Shown piece by piece: positions 1 through 12,543 of a stretch of 64,000 nt of DNA; positions within the stretch are counted from its first letter, which is position 1, and each line of letters starts with the position of its first letter. The DNA comes from Marsupella aquatica (lineage: Eukaryota > Plantae > Marchantiophyta): NCBI GenBank assembly GCA_973895155.1, contig OZ316898.1, forward strand, positions 10,997,187 through 11,061,186. The letters run 5' to 3'. The notes below the pieces were generated by a model, which was given only the letters and a program-made list of their open reading frames with translations, searched no databases and had not been told where the DNA came from. The translations under genes and the position numbers were made by a program.

Positions 1-112
1 CCCCCCCCAAGTACCAAATTCAAAATTGGTACATGTATTTCTTGCATCCTTCTAAGGCAATGTCAAAATGTAACACAATTCACATGATTCTATCTATATT
101 TTCATTCAGTCA

Positions 113-2243
113 CTACGAGAGACAAACACACTCTGATGGCCAGAGCACAAGAGATCCTCTTGCATCTGCAATTACTTCCTGAGGTGGATCATCTGCTCTA
201 TTCGAAAATGACAAATTACAATCAGATACAATGACTGTAGTCAACAACACTACTACATGGTCATTCGGGACCACTTTGCCATGGAATTTAGCATGATCCG
301 GTCGCAAAATGCCTGTACCCACACATACCTGTGAGTCATCCTCCCATGATAGAAGATTATGGACTGGCTCTGCTGTGGCTATCACCTCCACCTTACCCTA
401 GCTGTTTTTCTTGGCTTTCCTGGGTGGCTTATACATGACATTGTTCATACCTTGGTTGCAAGACATCACTTTGGCACAAGTGTTTTGTGTTGGTGATCGA
501 GAATCGGGGACACTCTTTTTCAAAGAATCTGCATCCATATTTGACACTTTTGATTGTGTAGCAGAATTTCCCTACGACATCATCTCAATATCTGCCAACA
601 TTGTACTTGCTTCAATTGAAGCATCTACAATCTTACTTGCATCCAATGTTGCTCCCAAGTTTTGACGTCACTTCACCCTGCTCCCACTTGGTTGAGAGTC
701 TATCAACTTTGCATCAACTACAATTCAGTGCATTGTCCAACATAAGTCAATCACTAATCACATGTACTAAATGTACATGTCACCAACCACAAAGTTGTCA
801 CTATCACCTTACCATTATGAACAACCTTCTTCCCCTTCTTTGCCATTTCCACATCCTCCATGTCTATTTCTGCTGATCAATAAACACACCACAACATTCA
901 GGTTGAATCTATTAACCAAAGAATTGTCTCACAACATTCATATAGAGGAATTTAAAGCATAAGCTTACCTGATACCTCCTTGGCTATGGTCACCGAGGCA
1001 CTAGGTCCATCTTTCTCATTATTTGTCTTTGAATCACCTAATACATCAATCATGATGTCACTTCAGATTTTGTTCATCCAACCAGTTCTTACAGAAAAGA
1101 TTACCTTTCACAACTTAAGCTTCACAAAACTCCATGCACTTTTCAAATGTAAACTACTGAATCATAGCAGGTTACCAGTCTCAAGGACCTTGCCCTTTTG
1201 CTTACAAGAAACAGGCGCCTTCAATGCCATTGTTGTTCCTACATTCAAACCATTCACTCCATTCATGAAAACCTACTTCTAACATTTCAACATAGGGCAC
1301 AATGAACAATGGGCCGGTGTCATTTCCATATCTGTGTCAGATTTGCCAATTCCCTTTTTTGTTAACAAGGGCACACGTTGTACAAGGTTGCCCTCATTGT
1401 TTGGCTGGGAACCTGTTTAGATTAGATTCCATTGATGCAAGAAGGTTTGCTACAAATGCCTCCACAATATCCAAACAATCACCCAATTTACTTTCCACTC
1501 GAGGGAGTCCACACTCTAATGACTTCAACCGTTCACACCGGGGTTCACACATCTCTGTGAGAGTTGTAACAGTTCCCTATCATAACACAACTTACATATC
1601 TCAGATAACTGTCCCCAAGAACTGGTTGCTTACTTCCTACTACATTTCCTACTAATGCTCAAGGCCAAATAGTCTACTAACATAACAGAATTACAACATA
1701 TTCATCACCTGTTTGGAAGTCACGCTTGTCACCTCACTCCTTTGTTTCATGAACTCCTCTCTCACTTCTTGTGCTGATGGTTTTTCACCTGTCAATTTCT
1801 TCTGCATGCCACATCAACATACATATGAATGAAACCAAGTGTTGATTGTCAATGAGAATGTAATAATGGTAGCAAGATGATAAGTTTGAGGCTTACTATC
1901 AGACATGTCACTGCCTTACCAATTGTTTTTTCACTGGAGCATAACTTCCTCTCCCAGCCTGTGAAAGGTGTTTCACTTTGCCTAGAGCATTTGACATCAG
2001 TTCACTCTTGCTCTACCCCGCCTCCGACATGAACCCTTTGATTAATCGTGTCCATTGATCGAGTTTTAATGATGGGGGTGCTGGCATTCTCCTGTTAGAA
2101 CCATTGTCTATCCACATCCTTTTCAACCTATGTCTCTCTTGTTTCAAAATCCTCATTGCATAATCTGATATGCAATCTTCAACTGGGCCCTTACCATCAT
2201 TACCAACGATCACCTCTGCTGAAGCAGCTTCAACCAAACACAC
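113..2243 (-). pseudogene. Fragmented TnpA/Ptta-like (Transposase_24-like plus C-terminal domain) gene of the CACTA element
   Basis: 2013-2243 encodes RILKQERHRLKRMW..PAPPSLKLDQWTRLIKGF, followed after a stop by a short basic segment. 113-391 encodes VGTGILRP..KFHGKVVPNDHVVV..IADARGSLVLWP. Both resemble En/Spm TnpA-type segments; stops are present. Confidence 0.65.
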
Positions 2244-2479
2244 AACAACGGGGTGAGCAGCGACAAGATTGACAACACTACTAGAACGACCTCAAAGTGG
2301 AACAAAAGCACGAGGAAACATTGAGGCAGAAAACAAAGTCCCTAGCACCAAGCAACCAAAGGATCGGGACCAAAGGAAGGGACGACATGCCTTTCCAACA
2401 ATGGGGGGTTAGGTCTCAAGGGGGAACGGGACGCGGGAACGGGAAAATTTTGGATGGTGGGGATGGACTCCATCCAATG

Positions 2480-2935
2480 GTCCCTAAACCCCCCATCCCC
2501 TTAAGATGCAACCCCCCACCCTTTACATCTAAACTCCCCTAAACCCCCTTTAGTGAAAACCCGGCCACCCCCTAGCCTTGACATATAAACCCCCTAAACG
2601 TCTTGACAACTCCACTGTGGCCAGATTGTTTCCAAGGGTGGGCCGGCCATTTTAGAGCTCAGGCTCAATGAAGCATGCAACCTCCAGCTCTCCAGATCCT
2701 CCCAAGGCAGCAAACAATTAGGGTCCACGGTCCCTGTTCCTTCACTGCACCGCTGTGTCACTATTTCAATCGAGTGTTCTCCTCCTGGACAACCCGCTTT
2801 ACTGACACCCCACCCCCTTGAGACCTAACCGGCCCACCCTTGGCATATAAACCCCCCTAAACCCCTTTAGTGGTGACCCCCACACCCTTCACATGTAACC
2901 GGCCCACCCTTGAGCCCTAAACCCCCCAAACCCAC
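2480..2935. repeat. CACTA subterminal C-rich repeats containing CCCTAAAC motifs
   Basis: Recurrent ccctaaac(cc), ccggcccaccct and cccccaccc units. Confidence 0.6.
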
Positions 2936-4345
2936 TATGGAGTATATTTGACATTAGGGCATTTCAACATTAACGCCGTTTGTACGTGTTCAAGTTAGCG
3001 GGATGTAGGTAAAGAGGTTGCCAAATGAGTTGTGCAACCCCCCCATATGCCCATTATCAAATTAAAGCCCACAACTAAACCCTACAACACGTACATCATG
3101 TGCTAGAGTGTTCATTCTTTCACAAAGTAGGGTACTTTTCATAGTCTTATCCAAAAACCAAAAAACACTCACAGTCTTTTGTAGTGTTCATGTGAACCGT
3201 GGCAATGGTCTCGAGTCATTTAAAGTTGCCAAAAAGGACTTAGTGGCCTTAGTCCTATAAGGTTTGGTCTAAATTGCCCCGGTTTCTACTAGTGAGCCCA
3301 GCTTACACAACTACATTTTGAGTTGTCGGGACCATGTTTAACCTACCCAAAAATGATGTTCCTAAAATCCCGATTCCACTGGCTTTAAAGTTTGATTCAA
3401 TAATGCAGATCTGAGTTCTTCATGTCCAATCAACTGCTCCGATGATGAGGAGGAAGTAGGTGGAGCATTAAGTGCAGCTAAATCCTGGCTGTTGTAATGC
3501 TTGCCGCGCAAGCCATGACGGATCCTCCTGAAGTGCCTGATCAAAGCTCAGCTAAGTAAGGCAGATTCCACTCCCTCCTTTTTGGAATGGAAGTACTGTC
3601 AATATGGACAATTTGGGCACAGCACATTCCTACACCTAAATGAATTCTCAATGTAACTGCAAATAATCAGTGGGGCTGTAACAAAGTTAGATCTTGGTGT
3701 CACGGAGAAATCCCGAATCCAAGTCAACTTTATTACAAGGCAATGACTGTGTTCATCTGCAAAATGTATCATAATTTGCATATAAAATGATGAAATTCAT
3801 ACACGCTTGATTGCTTCATATTTGAAAACAATTGTGGATAGCGCCGCACTAACTGTTCCTTTTTTATAAAATTTTGCAAATTTCATCTTAAAAATAAAAT
3901 CTATTTGTAGTTTAGTGATGTTGACCTGAACTTATAGACTTTGCAAAAGAAAATCTTGTAATATTAGGGGACTACATGGCCAGCCTGCACTTATGCACAT
4001 GCACCAGACTATTATTCACCAAGACTATTCACCCATCTACATGCCCTGAATTTCAATACGGTCCATGGAGAAAAAACTGGGAGTTGAGGTGTGCCAGTCC
4101 CACTGCCACTAGAAATGGATTCACCTATCCGTCCATCTTCTGTACATCTACATCTACGTGACGAGCCCCTCTCGTCACGGGGTCTTACCATTGCAAGGTT
4201 GAGGTTGAGTGCACAACGTAGTAGCAAGAGAGTCAGTCGAGCGGCTTCGCTTTGCATTCGGCCCAGAAGAGCAGGGCAGAGCAGAGCAGGGCAGGGCAGG
4301 GGTTGGGGTTGCGCCTCTGTTATAAATTCGTTGGAGCTGTTGGAG

Positions 4346-5266
4346 ATGGCCGCGATTTCAGCTGCGATCGTCGGCACTGCTCTCGGAGCTGTTGGTGCGC
4401 AGCAGACAGCTGCAAACCAGGTGTGGATCTCGAGTGCAGGCCATAGCGAGCCCTCTTTGAGAGATTCGAGGACTGTCCGGTGCTGTTCGTAGCTGAAATC
4501 AAAATTCTGTAAATTGGCGCACTCTTGTGATTGTAAGCTGCTGTTTGTATCCTGAGCTACGAAGTACTTCCCTCACGTCGATAGCTGTTGTTTCTCACAG
4601 ATTCCAAGCAGGTGTATTCTGTCATCCAAGAATTCGCGAGTCGCTAGTCCGTTGAGAAACGTCAGTTCTTCTAAAGTTTCAAGTGGTAAGAAAAATCGTC
4701 AGCGCCCACTGCAAGTTCAAGCACTTTTGGACATTCAGAATGACCCAATTGTCAAGGAAGCTTTGAAGGTATGTGTTCGCCAGTCGAGCTCAGAGTACAC
4801 CCAATTGCAATATTAACAACTGAAGGCAATTAGAGTACTTTGCATTTCGTCCATAAAATGGATTAGCTACTTTACTTAATGAACTTTGCTGCACCTTAGT
4901 GCCATGCACTTAAACAATATCTGGAGTCTAGTTTTGCCAACCTTTTCAATGAAATTCTGATGCACAAAGGTGTAGCTGCCGTCCCTGTAAGACTGTCGGT
5001 GCTTGCTTAATGGAAATCGTCAATGAGATTGTCAATTTTAGAATTAAACTCATAGTTCTGGAGGTGAGGAGACCATTATTGATTTCTGCGTTCAGGAACC
5101 TGTGGCATTCTTGGGCGGAATTTTTGCTGGATTGCTCAGGTTGGACCTTAATGAGGACCCGTTGAGGGAGTGGGTTGCGAAAACTGCTGAAGCTGCAGGT
5201 ATTGTAATTGACGAGCCAGAGTCTACCTCTTCGGATGATGCCCCCAGTGAGATTGAAATTGAGTGA
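4346..5266 (+). CDS. UPF0426-family chloroplast protein (At1g28150-like), 137 aa; exons 4346-4420, 4601-4768, 5096-5266
   Basis: GT-AG introns join in frame: a transit-peptide-like N-terminus, then NDPIVKEALK|EPVAFLGGIFAGLLRLDLNEDPLREWV...SEIEIE*. The ORF track misses this gene. Confidence 0.88.
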
Positions 5267-7622
5267 ACTAGTATGGCTAGCAGTAATTCTAGTGCCTAAG
5301 ACCACTTATTTACTGTCACGAAAGTCAGCAAGAACCTCATTAAGCGTTGGATTAGTTTGAAATTTCATGTTGAAGTTGGACGGTGGAGAAGATCTTCAAA
5401 TACATGGTTCTATGATGCTCCTAAAGCTAAGTCTCATGGGAGAGGAAAAGGGGATGGACTAACAGGTACCTCTGTTTATACTTATGATGGTGTAATGTCC
5501 TCAAATACCTACTTGCACGCAGTGCATTGAAACACCCCAGTGGGTTTTAAGTAAAACGTAATCAAGTGTTCTCATTCTAGAGAAGATTTTTACAGAAGCT
5601 GTATCTGGATGCTTGAAAGTGTCTTACTGTGACATCTAACATACTGGGACATCTAACTTTATAATGGCGAAGAGAAGCTTAAATAAGTGATCTAACCTTA
5701 TAATAGTGAAGAGAAGCCAGAATAAGGGCTATGATCTAGAGTGAAGCCTCTAGACCATGACTTTAGCCAGGCAGGTGTAGAAACTTACCATCGATGGGGT
5801 TGGGAAATGAAATGATCTCCTTTTTGTTCTTACCCATTATTGACGTCCAACGGACGTGCATTAGGCTAGTCCCTGTAAACACGAGTTTAAGTGGCGTAGA
5901 TTCGGTTCTCCCAGTCACTTTTAAGTAAATCTGTGTGCCTTGCTGCCGCCTAGGTCTCCCTCAGGCACTTAATTATGCTTAATTTAGTGCAAGAGTGACT
6001 GGTGCCTCTTTCTAATGTTTTTTCTCCTTATTATGTAGTGAAGGAAATTTACCCACTTAGAATCGATATCTTTTGCCGAATAGAAGAAGTTTACCTTAGT
6101 ATACCCCTTGCTAAGTTGGATGAACTTTGAAGTGTTGTTTGTTTCTGCAATTCGTCAACTTTGTTGTAATCTTGAAGCTTGAGCCATTGCGTCTCTAGAC
6201 TGATGGATCACGTTGATGAGAATCTTCATGTTGACGGATCTGACCATCAACATGGACGCCAGATCTGACCATCTGTGTGATTGCAATATCCATTGCTCAA
6301 CGAGAAAAATGATTAGGATGGAAGTACAGCACAGGTTTCTGTCCTAGGTTATTGACTTGCTTATTTGTCGTTCACACGTGGGCCGATGTATGATGACCAC
6401 GGACCTTCGTCGGATCAGATGTCAAAACTGATCGGAAGAAGGTCTATCATGTTTAAGCACTGTTATTCCTGATGATTCGGCAAGGTTAATCTAGTTACAA
6501 CAGATTAATTAGGGTGTTTGAGCTGTCAGTGCCCCAGGTACTTAAGGCCGAGTGTTAAATAACGTGAATATCAAGGATGGTAGGTCTAAGCCTTAAACTA
6601 GGACTGTGATGGCTACTGGAAAGGTAAGGTTTGGAAATCAGCTGAGCGAGAATTAGGGCTGAGAGATTCACCCACAGCCGAGGTCCACAAGCCCTACTTT
6701 CAAGCTAGGTGCTCTATCATCAACTGGCCTAGTGCCCTGCCGATCCTGTGGTTGATGAGTGACATGGGACCACAGTTCTGCTCCATTTTAAAGTCAATTG
6801 ATTCAGAAGACCAAGCACGTCCTAACCTCATGGAAAGCTGGACGATTGACTACTGTGATACTGAAATACAAGAACAACTTGAATTAGTGAAAACACAGGC
6901 CCTGATCTGAGGAGACAACTTGGACAATTAGTCAAAGAAAGCTAACTAGCGCACGATTACGTCAACAGAGCTCGAAAATGCTGTGATCAATGACCATTCG
7001 AACTTCAACACACCGATGAGAATGCTCTCTTTAATTTACGCAAGCTGATCCAAAACATTGTATTTTGGAGGGCTGAATCTTTCTCATTGCATCCTTCGGT
7101 GGACACGTGATCTCTCATCTCGTCGGTTGCCATGCCACTGACAATCAGCCAAAGGCAGAGATGACTTTTGAGACTTGCGGGTAGAAACGCAGAGAGTCCA
7201 ACGAGTGCGAATTAATAACACTGACCCCTTCAGAATGGAAACACGGACTTGCATAGTTGCAACCAGTGAGTGCGGAGATGTCTGCGAAGCATTAAAGGAG
7301 GCTGACTATAATCCAAAAAATATGATTCGAACCTTGTAAGGAGGTTCTAGTGAACTAGTGAAATCTACTGCCCAAAGGGGATCCACTCCGTCCAAACTCT
7401 GACGGACCTCACAGATGGATCTGGAAATGCAAGACCCTGGAATCACGAATGACCATTTCATGACCATCGATAGCACAGGCGTTGCATCACATCTATTTCT
7501 TGTGATAGTCGGTCCCTTTGTCGCTGCAATCCTGAACTACAGATGTAAATCAGGCGATTAAAAAATGATATTCTGTTCTATTCTCATTTAATCTATTCTA
7601 CTCCAATCGAACACAGTAAATC

Positions 7623-8942
7623 CTACTGTCTAGACTCCTCTGTTCCATTCTTTGCGCCCCACACACCTCGGCCTCTCAATAACAAGGAGGCATACAAAAG
7701 TTCGTTCCAGGTATCTGGAACTCCAGGTAGACACCAATGAGCACAGTCCATTATAGTATGGCCTGTCCAATTAAATACATGACCATCCGGTCGATATGAC
7801 GACAGAGATGTGACATTAAGAATCGTTGCGGGTGACTGCATTTTGTCCACAGCTTCCTTGAGAATCGCCGCTTCTGGGTAGGCCTGTGGGTACGATAGGG
7901 TACTGTACGGCTCAACGGCCATGGACACTTCCCAATGAGACGGCTCGTAGCTGCGGAAAAACACCTCAGTTTTGCTGAAATTGACATGATCGTTCACCCA
8001 AGACGTTATCGTACTCATGGCCTGTTTCAGAGCTTCCATAACTGGCATTCCGAGCACAACCTTGTTATCCACCTGGAAGTAGTGACCGGTGTCATACGTC
8101 TTCGTGGACGTCCACCAGTGACCAGTGCTCAGTAGCAAAACATCTGCACCCGCAAAGTGTCTTACAACATTTTTGTCTATCTCATGCAATTTTATCGTCG
8201 AGCGCACCCTGTTCGGAGCGTTCTTGGGTACATTAGACCCCTCCACTACTATATACGGGCTCCTGTAGTAATCAATTCTAATATTGTGGTCTCTGAATAT
8301 CGACCCTATATAAGGTTTCTGTTTGGAGATGGGACCCTGCGTAAATACTACAGAAGCCTTCTGTGGTACAGCTTCCAGCAGCAAGCAATTCAAAGACTCC
8401 CATTGCGTGCGACTCATTGAATCCCCAACAATCACCACCCTCAAGCCCTTCAACCGGGCTAACATGTCCTCGGCGTCAAATTTGGGAATGGTGCACTCGT
8501 GAGGTTGCCACCGCCACTTTTGGTACTGCCTGTCAGGGCGACCATGTCTCTGACACTGAAAGTCTGTCTCGGCAAATCTGCAGTTGGTGTACAAAGGGTA
8601 TGATTCATCGTAAACCCACTTGCCATCGAAGATATTACATCCAGGGAAGAGAGGGGGTGGAGGAGACAGGTGACCCGAGGAGGGAGTTTGGGAAGAAGTC
8701 AGCGGTGGCACGATGCCATCAGTTGCAGCAGTAATAGCACCATCGTCCAGTTTTTGATAACTGGCAAGTAAAGGCTTGAATTGCGAGTCGAGCATTACCA
8801 TCGCCGAGTCGAGGTAGGATCGATCATACACGAAGAAGAACGTGAGGAGGACGAACGAAATCGATACAATAATGAGTCGCCATCCACATCTTTCCAAACG
8901 AGACCTGGCTTCATCCAGCCATTTCATCTTGCTGGACATCAT
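7623..8942 (-). CDS. TBL: Trichome birefringence-like (TBL; PMR5N + PC-esterase) polysaccharide O-acetyltransferase, 439 aa, single coding exon
   Basis: N-terminal TM anchor; CNIFDGKWVYD..YPLY; GRPDRQYQKWRWQP; catalytic GDS (VGDSMSRTQWESL) and DxxH (DCAHWCLPGVPDTWNELL) motifs. Confidence 0.95.
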   Translation of the reverse strand: MMSSKMKWLDEARSRLERCGWRLIIVSISFVLLTFFFVYDRSYLDSAMVMLDSQFKPLLASYQKLDDGAITAATDGIVPPLTSSQTPSSGHLSPPPPLFPGCNIFDGKWVYDESYPLYTNCRFAETDFQCQRHGRPDRQYQKWRWQPHECTIPKFDAEDMLARLKGLRVVIVGDSMSRTQWESLNCLLLEAVPQKASVVFTQGPISKQKPYIGSIFRDHNIRIDYYRSPYIVVEGSNVPKNAPNRVRSTIKLHEIDKNVVRHFAGADVLLLSTGHWWTSTKTYDTGHYFQVDNKVVLGMPVMEALKQAMSTITSWVNDHVNFSKTEVFFRSYEPSHWEVSMAVEPYSTLSYPQAYPEAAILKEAVDKMQSPATILNVTSLSSYRPDGHVFNWTGHTIMDCAHWCLPGVPDTWNELLYASLLLRGRGVWGAKNGTEESRQ

Positions 8943-10315
8943 GAACTAGTCCGCGACACCAACGCGATTTTATCACCGTGGCCAGAAGTAGCAGACCATG
9001 GAGCCAGTCGGCTTGAACTGTTCTCAAGGACAGCCGAGCCAAACTGCTGGCTCTCACAGAGCAAGAAAATCAGGAGTTTGCCGGAATGCAGCAACGATCG
9101 AGCTGAAGTAGAAAACCCTCTCGTCTTCGCATTGCATTGGTACCTGAATAACAAGGGGGGTCATTGACGCTCCCTTGAAAGATCCATCTATTTCAGTAAA
9201 GAAGGTCTTCAATTTCTGTCTGCTGCAATGCGCAAATTACTAAACCTCAACGGGACCTTCAACCTCCGTCGATCTATCAACGGCTAGCGTGACAGGCACC
9301 TCTAGCCTGGTCCGGCAAAGTGTCAATGGATGGCGCCAGAATTTCCCTTTACGCAATCGAAACAAGATGAGGAGATATTTGATTAGAGATCTTTCGCATA
9401 GAGCGATTCACATTATATCAAGAACGCAGCAGTGCTTCTCCTCCTATTGTTTTCCATGATGAATCTCCCAACACCGTACTAGCCATTCTTTCTCCCATCC
9501 TGCACCCTCGAGGAGAGAATTGAATTGCCGGAAACCACAAGCTTGGAAGATTCAATCCGCTCAAACCTTCACTTCTAGCCACACAAGCCCACACTCATCT
9601 ATTTGTTTGGACCAAAATTTCCCTTCCAAAACAGAGTACGTGGATGCAAGAATCTCCTAGTTGTTGCCCTCATCTCTCGGAGCAATCACCAACGCTTCAC
9701 TACGCCCGGATTTAGTCCATCGAGATCGCCACGGCGTCACATTGCCAGTCATATATTCCAACCCGAACACCAGAATCCATCCAACGCTTCTCTAATCGGA
9801 CCAACGACATGAAACTGCCATCCTCGTTATCGCTGCTTTCCTATCTCCGGTTCATCATCATCATCGCCACCACCTCGGAAACGAAACCCATCGTCACGAT
9901 CATCTGCATCACAGAACACGGCGAACTGACCGCCTCTTCGCCGCACATGATGGCCTGCATAATCCTCCTACTGAGCTTGCTGCTGTTGCTGATCAATCCC
10001 ACAGACATCGTACTCCTGCGCTCCCGCACAAGACACGACCTCCCCATCTGCCAGACCAGACGATGGTCCCGTCCCCAAATCTTTCCGCATCGCTACAGAC
10101 GGACACAATTCACCTGCGTACTAGACCGTACCGTATATTGTACCATACTACCGGTAATGCAGCAACAGTCAAGCAGCCATGCGGGTCATCACACATTTTG
10201 ATGTGTGATATACTGTTGATTTGCACACATTGATTTGAAAACGAGGTTTATCATCGGAAGGGGTACATATTTCATATTTTGTGTGGCAGTTTGATGTGCA
10301 GTTACCGGGACGTCT

Positions 10316-10449
10316 AGCGGCGTAATGCTGTGGCAGCAACAACGAAGCAGTTGGCTGGGTCGGTACTCGTTTTTGTCTGGTCAAGCGGCGTAATGCTGTG
10401 GCAGCAATAACGAAGCAGTTGGCTGGGTCGGTGCTCGTTTTTGTCTGGT
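10316..10449. repeat. Tandem duplication, 2 x 68 bp
   Basis: agcggcgtaatgctgtggcagcaa...tgtctggt at 10316 and 10384, 2 mismatches. Confidence 0.9.
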
Positions 10450-12199
10450 GAACAATACGTTCGCGTTCCTACTCAACTCTGGCCTCTGGGCGGCTAGGCA
10501 AAAGAGTTAATTTATACGGCGCATGTAGGTCAAGAAGACAGAAGAAGTGCCGGGTCGAAATTCTGGAACGTGCACGAAAGTCGTCCCAAAGACCACTTCC
10601 CCAAAAAACTTCCCCTCTAAAATACTCACTGTACTGCCTCCTTCCAGCCCCAGGTCGCCCTTACCTCAAAAAGCTCTAAAACCCGGTGCATCAGACTGTT
10701 CCCCGCTCTGGAAACATTGAAAGACCTAAACCCGTGCGCTGTACAGCTCTGCTTTTAAAGTGCTGCCATGCTGAAAGGGATGTGGACTAGCAAAGGTTGA
10801 ATCCGGGGAATAAGGAGGAGGAAGAAGGGGGACGAACCGAGGGAGGCAAGACGGGATGAGGAAACTCGCTGGAGCCGGGATCGCTGGGACGGGCTGGCGT
10901 GTGAAGGCAACAATTGAACCGAAGATTTGCTTGCCCCACGCACCTTCGCCATATGGCAGGGGCGCATTGATTCTGTCATTCTCGTCGTAAGTGACGTGAC
11001 GTCAACTTCCTATTCGCATTCTTTTTTTAGTCGGTTCGTCGTGACCACTGCTTCTCGCTAGCTCTCCCTCTGTATCTATGTTTCAAGACTTTTTAGGAGG
11101 AGTGTACAGTTCTCTTCGATGATTGCTTTGTAGTCGCTTTGTCCCGAAAGCATGAGCTTGATTTTTGGAAGGTACGTCGAACGAATCTTGTGGGACAGAA
11201 ATTTCTTCTCGGAGTTGCTTCCAACCCCGTGTACTTGTCACGGTTCAGAGCCCAATAATAGTGTTGGCCATCAAATAGTGCTACCCTCTGATTGATGTGG
11301 GTAAAACTAATTAGAGTGAACATCAAATTACCCCTATACTTTCCCTTAGTTCACCCCACTTTTATAAATAATCCCCCCCCCCCACAACTGACTTACCTGA
11401 GTCAGTCTTCCTGATTCAGAAGTTTCTTATCAACAAATTTTGACTTTCCATCTCTCCCATCATATTGAGAGGAATTGGCAGTTCTTGGGTTTGTTAGAAG
11501 GAACTTGAAAAGATTTTTCCAACAAGTTTAATATAGTCAACTTTCATTGAGAATTGAACTAGGGGCAAATTTCCAAAGATGACTATCTTGTTTTCTGTGA
11601 CATTTTCACTCTCCCGTGCAATATGTGTCATTTAAGCAGAAAAGTGGGTTTCATTGCAGTCCATCCCAGTTGCAATCTGAGCAGTTTTGGTAAACAAGAA
11701 TTTTCCAGTTGTCAGGCCCAATTTGCCAGCTCCCCATAGCCTCACACTGCCTGTCCATCTACAACATTTGCTCTCACCAGCATCTACTATCAACAAGATG
11801 GTGCAACGGGATTGGGCTGTCAGTGCATGAAATGCACCAAGACCATACAAAAGCAATCAGACCATATGAAACCATTATTGCATTGAGCATGTGACAATAA
11901 TATTATCCATTGGACAAGTATATGAGCACAATGACAACAAGTAGGAGTCATTGAATGTTGCTTACAAACGTTTCACCATCAGTTCCAATGCACTCAGTCA
12001 GAAGCTACAATTTTGCATTGTTTCACAAGATTATCAGAACTTGTGTTTATTTTCTTTCTTGATTCTATGTGATTCAAAGCTAATTCATCAACCACTATAA
12101 TATGTAATCTCTCCAAACTCCTCCATTGTTTGCTTACAAAAAGAGTTGTGGGCTAGAACCAATCCAAGGCATCAGATGATGGGTCTTGTCCTCCTGCAC

Positions 12200-12543
12200 T
12201 GTTGGATCGCTAGTAGACCCCTCCCAAGCTTGTACGCTTGCCTCCCCTAGCTGCCTTGGCATGCTGCACTTGGCATCCCGTGGCCTGCCCTGCCTGCCCA
12301 TATCGCCTGCCCACAGTGCCTGCCTGCACTAGCCAGTGCCCCACGCACAACAGTCCACCTCCCCACCCAATGCCAGGCAGGGAGGGTGAGGAGAGAATGG
12401 GGAGGGAGAGATGGGGAGGGAGCGAGGAAGGGAAGGAAAGATGCAACATCTCTTTGCCCATGCTCTGAAATGGTATCCTCCCTGGCTTGGCCTCTTGATG
12501 AGAGCATTCAGCAACGAAGCAGAGTGCCATGGGCGACCCAACA
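12200..12543. mobile_element. Possible solo LTR or small TIR element
   Basis: Ends TGTTGGATCGC / GCGACCCAACA (10/11 inverted match, TG..CA), flanked by tgcac/tgcat; GC-rich interior. Confidence 0.3.

Larger units (their letters stand above)
1..3294 (-). mobile_element. CACTA (En/Spm) DNA transposon, one terminus; the other end lies outside the window; probably non-autonomous
   Basis: The minus strand from 3294 reads CACTAGTAGAAACCGGGGCAATT, a canonical CACTA terminus. C-rich subterminal repeats (2480-2935) and TnpA-like coding remnants (113-2243) lie inward of it. Confidence 0.8.

Noticed and set aside
6750-7450. Coding-like stretches (also 13100-14300, 17700-18230, 20450-21220, 60600-61200)
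   Set aside because: Multiple stops and no recognisable motif; I cannot support a call without a search.
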